A stretch of DNA of 64,000 nucleotides. Origin: Eimeria praecox (lineage: Eukaryota). Shown here piece by piece: positions 48,111-64,000 of this stretch (its first letter is position 1; every line of letters begins with the position of its first letter). Location: assembly GCA_963920595.1 (NCBI GenBank), contig OY986947.1, forward strand, positions 3,844,001 through 3,908,000, read 5' to 3'. A program made the position numbers and the translations under genes. A model generated the notes under the pieces. That model worked only from the letters and a program-made list of their open reading frames with translations. It made no database searches and was not told where the DNA came from.

Positions 48111-48325
48111 ACAGAGGAGAAAGATAGAGACAGAGGAGGAGTCAGAGGGGTAGAGAGAGAGAGGAGATAGAGAGACAGATAAAGAGACAGAGACAGAGAC
48201 AGAGACAGATACAGAGACAGAGACAGATACAGAGACAGAGACAGAGGGAGAGGGGAAGATAGAGAGGAGACAGAAACGGAGAAGGAGACGCTGAAGAAAC
48301 AAAAGTAAACAGATCCAAGTACGCA

Positions 48326-48386
<61 letters not shown>

Positions 48387-48390
48387 ACAA

Positions 48391-48422
<32 letters not shown>

Positions 48423-48526
48423 GCAGCAATTATTTCTAACCTCCTGTAATATCTGTTGGTGCTATTTCTGCTTCTCCTCCGATATAAACAAACATGGGTC
48501 GTGGCCCTTGCTGCACCTGCTTCTGC

Positions 48527-48588
<62 letters not shown>

Positions 48589-48879
48589 CGGATAGAGCAG
48601 CTCGAAGTAGCGTTGCTTCCACGTCTTCCCTTCCGCCTTCATCACGGGATCGAAATGATCTAGAGGCTGTTCAAACCATCGCTCCTCAACCTCACCCTCC
48701 TGCAGCAGCAGCAGCAGCAGCAAGAGCAGCAGCAGCAGCAAGAGCAGCAGCAGCAGCAAGAGCAGCAGCAGCAGCAAGAACAGCAACACACTTCGTGAGA
48801 TGCCGGCACACACAGATCACTGCAGCAGCTAGTTTAACAGCTCAAGCAGCAGCCTCTCCATCAACAGTAACAGCAGCAG

Positions 48880-48911
<32 letters not shown>

Positions 48912-49163
48912 ACAGCAGCAGCAACAGCAGCAGCAACAGCAGCAACAGCAGCAGCAGCTGCTGCTGTTGAAGCAGCAGCAACAGCAGCTTCTCACATTTC
49001 CTGTCTTGCATTGGGGATCTGTCGCAGGCTCCCTCGGGCGGTCGAAGAGAAACCATTTTGTTGCTGCTGCCTGGGGCAGCAGCAGCAGCTGCAGCAGCAG
49101 CTGCTGCTGCAGCAGCAGCAGCAGCAGCAATACCTGCGGAGAGCCTGTCAGTGAACCCCACAT
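42698..49163 (-). CDS. Serine carboxypeptidase family S28 (prolylcarboxypeptidase / thymus-specific serine protease-like), signal peptide, ~11 exons
   Basis: Motifs 'WFEQPLDHF', 'TWKQRYF', 'PMFVYIGGE', '[10 protein letters not shown]', 'QQ|ALADL', nucleophile '[18 protein letters not shown]', '[15 protein letters not shown]', '[12 protein letters not shown]' (Asp), 'GGSHCND' (His). Exon 1 (49163-48996) encodes a hydrophobic leader. Confidence 0.95.
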
Positions 49164-49461
49164 TTGTTTCTGGTTACGAAAGGCTTACACAGAAGCAGCA
49201 GCAACGCCAGCACCAGCAGCAGCAGCTGCTGCTGCTGCTGCTGCAGCTGCTGCAGCAGCAGGAATTGCTGCCGGTGCTGCTGCAGCGAGCCACAGCTACT
49301 AAACGTTCTCCCTAGAAACGAGCTGCTGCTAGCAATTGCTGCTGCTGTTGCTGCTGCAGCAGAGATACAGCAGCAGCAGCAGCAGCAACAGCAGCAACAG
49401 CAGTTTTGTTAACACCGAGCAGCAACTTCCTGTAGCACAATCCGCGCGTCGCTGTTATTGC

Positions 49462-49544
<83 letters not shown>

Positions 49545-49708
49545 AGGGCTGTGTTGCTGCTGCTGATTGAATTAACAATAAAATAAAATAATGAGTCAAA
49601 CAAAAATATTTAAATAAATACAAACACATACATTAGAATACTCCAACTGTCATGGGGGCCCCCGACAGGGGGGGGGGCCCCTGCTGGTTCACGCGCAATC
49701 GGGTGGTC

Positions 49709-49783
<75 letters not shown>

Positions 49784-49895
49784 TTACTGCTGCTGCTGTT
49801 GCTGCTGCTGTACGGTGTTAGTATCCACAATTTAGATATTTTGAAATCTAAGGATTTTGATTTCATGCATGTTTCTCGTTTGTGTGGAGTCTGGT

Positions 49896-49951
<56 letters not shown>

Positions 49952-50193
49952 TGGGCATCGGGATATCCGGGAGCGACGGACTGGAGAGGCCCCACGACAG
50001 CAGCAGCAGGAGCAGCAGCAGCAGCAAAACATATTATTCTATTTTAATATACTTATTAAGACTCATAGAATCGATATAGAAGGCAGCAGCAGTTGTTGCT
50101 GCTCCTTGTAGGGAGATAGCAGGTGCAGCAGCAGCAGCAACAGCAACAGCAGCAGCAGCTGCTGCTGCTGCTGCTGCAGCAGCAGCAGCAGCA

Positions 50194-50305
50194 ATGAAGT
50201 TCTGGGTTTTTGTTATTGTTGCGTTGTTGCTGCATCTACGCTGTTCAGCCGAAACAGATTCAATAGAAGCTTCTCTTGAGAGAGGCCCTTCTGCTGCTGC
50301 TGCTG

Positions 50306-50349
<44 letters not shown>

Positions 50350-50707
50350 ACAGCAGCAGCAACAGCAGCAGAGCACCATCTCCCCGATCGTATTGTTGCT
50401 CGATTTACGCTGGGAGATCATGAAAAATATGAGCTGCCTATACACCTGGGCCCCAGACAGGGGCCTCAATCTATTAAGAAGGGTCTGTGGATGGGGTCTC
50501 TAGCGAGTGTTGCAGCAACAATTGTATGTATAATTATGTTGAGTATATTTAAAGATATTGTTGCTGCAGCAAGACAGCAGCAGCAAAAGAAACAACAAGT
50601 GAGAGAGGCACAGAAACTTGAAACCCAAAGAAAGGCTGCACTTGCAGCAATGAGATATGCTGCTGAGCTGCTGCTGCAGCAGCAGCAGCAGATACACCAG
50701 CAGCACG

Positions 50708-50738
<31 letters not shown>

Positions 50739-50904
50739 CGAGCAGCAGCAGCAACAGCAACAGCAGCAGCAGCAAATGCTAGCAGCAGCAGCAGACATCG
50801 AAAAGAATCTCATCCTCTTACAAGATGTTTTACCCCACACAGTAGAAGCAGGAGAAGGCATCATCAAGAAGTTGCTGCAGGCAGCAAGGGCCCTCACGCC
50901 TTAT

Positions 50905-50960
<56 letters not shown>

Positions 50961-51089
50961 GCAGTACGGGAGAGGCAGCCAGCAGCAAGACAGCAGCTTC
51001 TTACGTCGAGGCATTTACACCACAGACACAGAACCCACAGCAGCAAGAAATCTCCATAGCCCCCCCATCAGCAGCAGCAGCAGCAGCAG

Positions 51090-51122
<33 letters not shown>

Positions 51123-51483
51123 AGGCGACAATAATAGGTCCTCCTCACTCTTCCAGTTTACAGACAAGGAGGATCGTCTGTGGGGCCCCCCCCAGTCTGC
51201 AGGTATAGGGGGGGCCCCCATGGGGGCCCCCACAGGGGCCCCCTCCCCGTCATCTATGGGGGTACCACTGAACCCTTTAGAGGACCTCTTAGGACCTGAG
51301 GGGCCCCTGAGGGCCCCCATCTTCCCTTACATAGAAGAGCTGTCTGCCCTTCTATCAGAGAATAAAGACCTTACCAGCAAAGACGCATTTGCTATTCTTC
51401 AGGCCCTCAACAACACCAAACATAACCCTACAATAGGGGCCCCTAAGGGGCCCCCTAAGGGGCCCCCTAAGGGGGCCCCCTAA
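50194..51483 (+). CDS. Hypothetical secreted/membrane protein (signal peptide + one TM helix); probably extends to ~51841 across a 1-nt frameshift
   Basis: ATG-initiated 429-aa ORF with leader 'MKFWVFVIVALLLHLRCSA', a TM segment 'GLWMGSLASVAATIVCIIMLSIF', and non-repetitive blocks between polyQ tracts. Confidence 0.75.
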
Positions 51484-51934
51484 GGGGCCCCCGATGCCCC
51501 CCCCCTCCCCTTCCCCCTGGGGGGTCCCCGGGTTCACCCCCATGGGGGCCCCCCTTGGGGGCCCCCTGAGGGGACCGCAGGGGGGCCCCCGATACAACAT
51601 CCGGGGGCCCCTAGAGGGGCCCCCTGGATGGCTGCCAATGAAGTACTTAGACGGGCTTCCTAGGAGCCTCTACGAAGGACTTTCTAAGGAGTCCTTCAAG
51701 GACATCGAGGGGCCCCGAGGGGGCCCCCAAGGGGGCCCCCAAGGGGGCCCTCCTCCACCCCAACTGACTGACTTCTTAGCATTGAAGGTATTGTTAATAA
51801 AGTGTTTTAGAAGAAGAGTTGGAGATGAAAAGACAGAATAAAACATAGGGGGGCACACTGCGTTGTTCCTGCCCCGGTGGGGGGTTTAGGGTTTAGGGTT
51901 TAGGGTTTAGGGTTTAGGGTTTAGGGTTTAGGGT

Positions 51935-62735
<10,801 letters not shown>

Positions 62736-63526
62736 CTGAACCCTAACCCCACAGATCTGCTGCTGCTGCTGGGGGCCCCCCCGGCTGTTTGCTGCAGCGC
62801 AGGGGCCCCCTACTTGTCGTCATATTCTTGGGGGGGCCCCTCAGGCTCTCGAAGGGCCCCTCTGGGGGCCCCCTGCTGCTATTATTTGCTGTGAATGTAA
62901 TATCCTCTGATATGTGTTTGTTATTTAATTTATTTTTAATTTTTTTTCGTATTTTCTATCTCTGCTTCTGCTGTATATCTAAACACGCTGCTGCAGCTGT
63001 GCTGGCTGGGGGCCCCTGCAGCAGCAGGAAGGTCTTGCTTGTCGGTGCTGCGGTTTTCATGTATATATTTGAAATAAATGTTTTTTAAATTAATATATAT
63101 ATATAAATTTATATATTTAATGATATATTATATTAATCCAAATTTAATTAGGAGAAGAGAAAAGCCTCAGACAGAAGAAATCTGGGGCCCGCTCGTATCG
63201 AAACGATGCAGGTAGAAGGGCTTATAAAACAGACATTAATAAATTATTTTATTTATTATTTATAAAATATATTAATTAAATTAATTTTTATTATTAATTG
63301 TAGCTTAAATGAAAGGGTTATAGACCCCTGCAGCTCCAATCTACTATGGCTAGCGTTGTTGAGCTGTCGATACACCCGAAAACTAAGTTGTTTATTCAAA
63401 TACTATGTTGCAATCGAGAAGAGGGGGACTCCTTCTTGCATGCATACTGTCTCCTCTCTCTATTTGCTAGCCTCTAGTTCTGTCTCCTCCTCTTCCCGTT
63501 GCACACAAGTGCTGCTGCCGTTGCTC

Positions 63527-63595
<69 letters not shown>

Positions 63596-63888
63596 TTGCT
63601 GCAGCAGCAGCAGCTGCAGTAACAGCCTTATTCCCCTTGGGTGTCTCTCCCGTCTCTCCCCTCATACCCCTCATATCAGCATTTGATTTATCTGCATGCT
63701 TCGATGCATTTATGCGTCCCCTTTAATAAAACCCCTAAACCCTAAACCCTATTCTAGGGTTTAGGGTTTATCTTCCGTTCGCTGTTGCCCCGAGAATGTT
63801 TATTATATAATACAATTTAAGCCCTCGATTTTTTCTGTTTGTTTCTTTAACTTCTATTAAATATATCTACAGCTACAGAGAGGCCCCC

Positions 63889-63975
<87 letters not shown>

Positions 63976-64000
63976 TATATAATTTTGTCGTTAAAATTAA

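Overview
Eukaryotic, intron-rich DNA with the hallmark repeats of a coccidian (Eimeria-type) genome: (CAG/CTG)n homopolymeric amino-acid repeats, interstitial telomere-like (AAACCCT)n tracts, (TGCA)n and GGGGCCCC runs. By joining exons by hand and checking reading phase at most junctions I support nine protein-coding genes. In order: a Cbp3/UQCC1-like complex III chaperone (partial, -), a phosducin-like protein (+), a probable mitoribosomal mL40-like protein (-), a large low-complexity hypothetical protein (-), an HSL/GDXG alpha/beta hydrolase (-), a GYF-BTB-BACK-SPRY-like protein (+), an S28 serine carboxypeptidase (-), a signal-peptide/TM hypothetical protein with an apparent frameshift (+), and a 3'-5' exonuclease-fold protein with degenerate catalytic motifs (-). 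Most ORFs in the supplied track are repeat artefacts. The most interesting non-coding structures are: (i) an array of eight duplicated splice-acceptor/exon-start copies, each ending in an in-frame stop and separated by telomeric spacers, inside the mL40-like intron 1; (ii) about ten introns with inverted telomeric arms that could pair in pre-mRNA, and five 5' splice sites formed by the first telomeric unit; (iii) a dispersed and locally arrayed GGTGTAnnnACACC-type palindrome. Product names come from motif recognition only, and exon boundaries are manual predictions.
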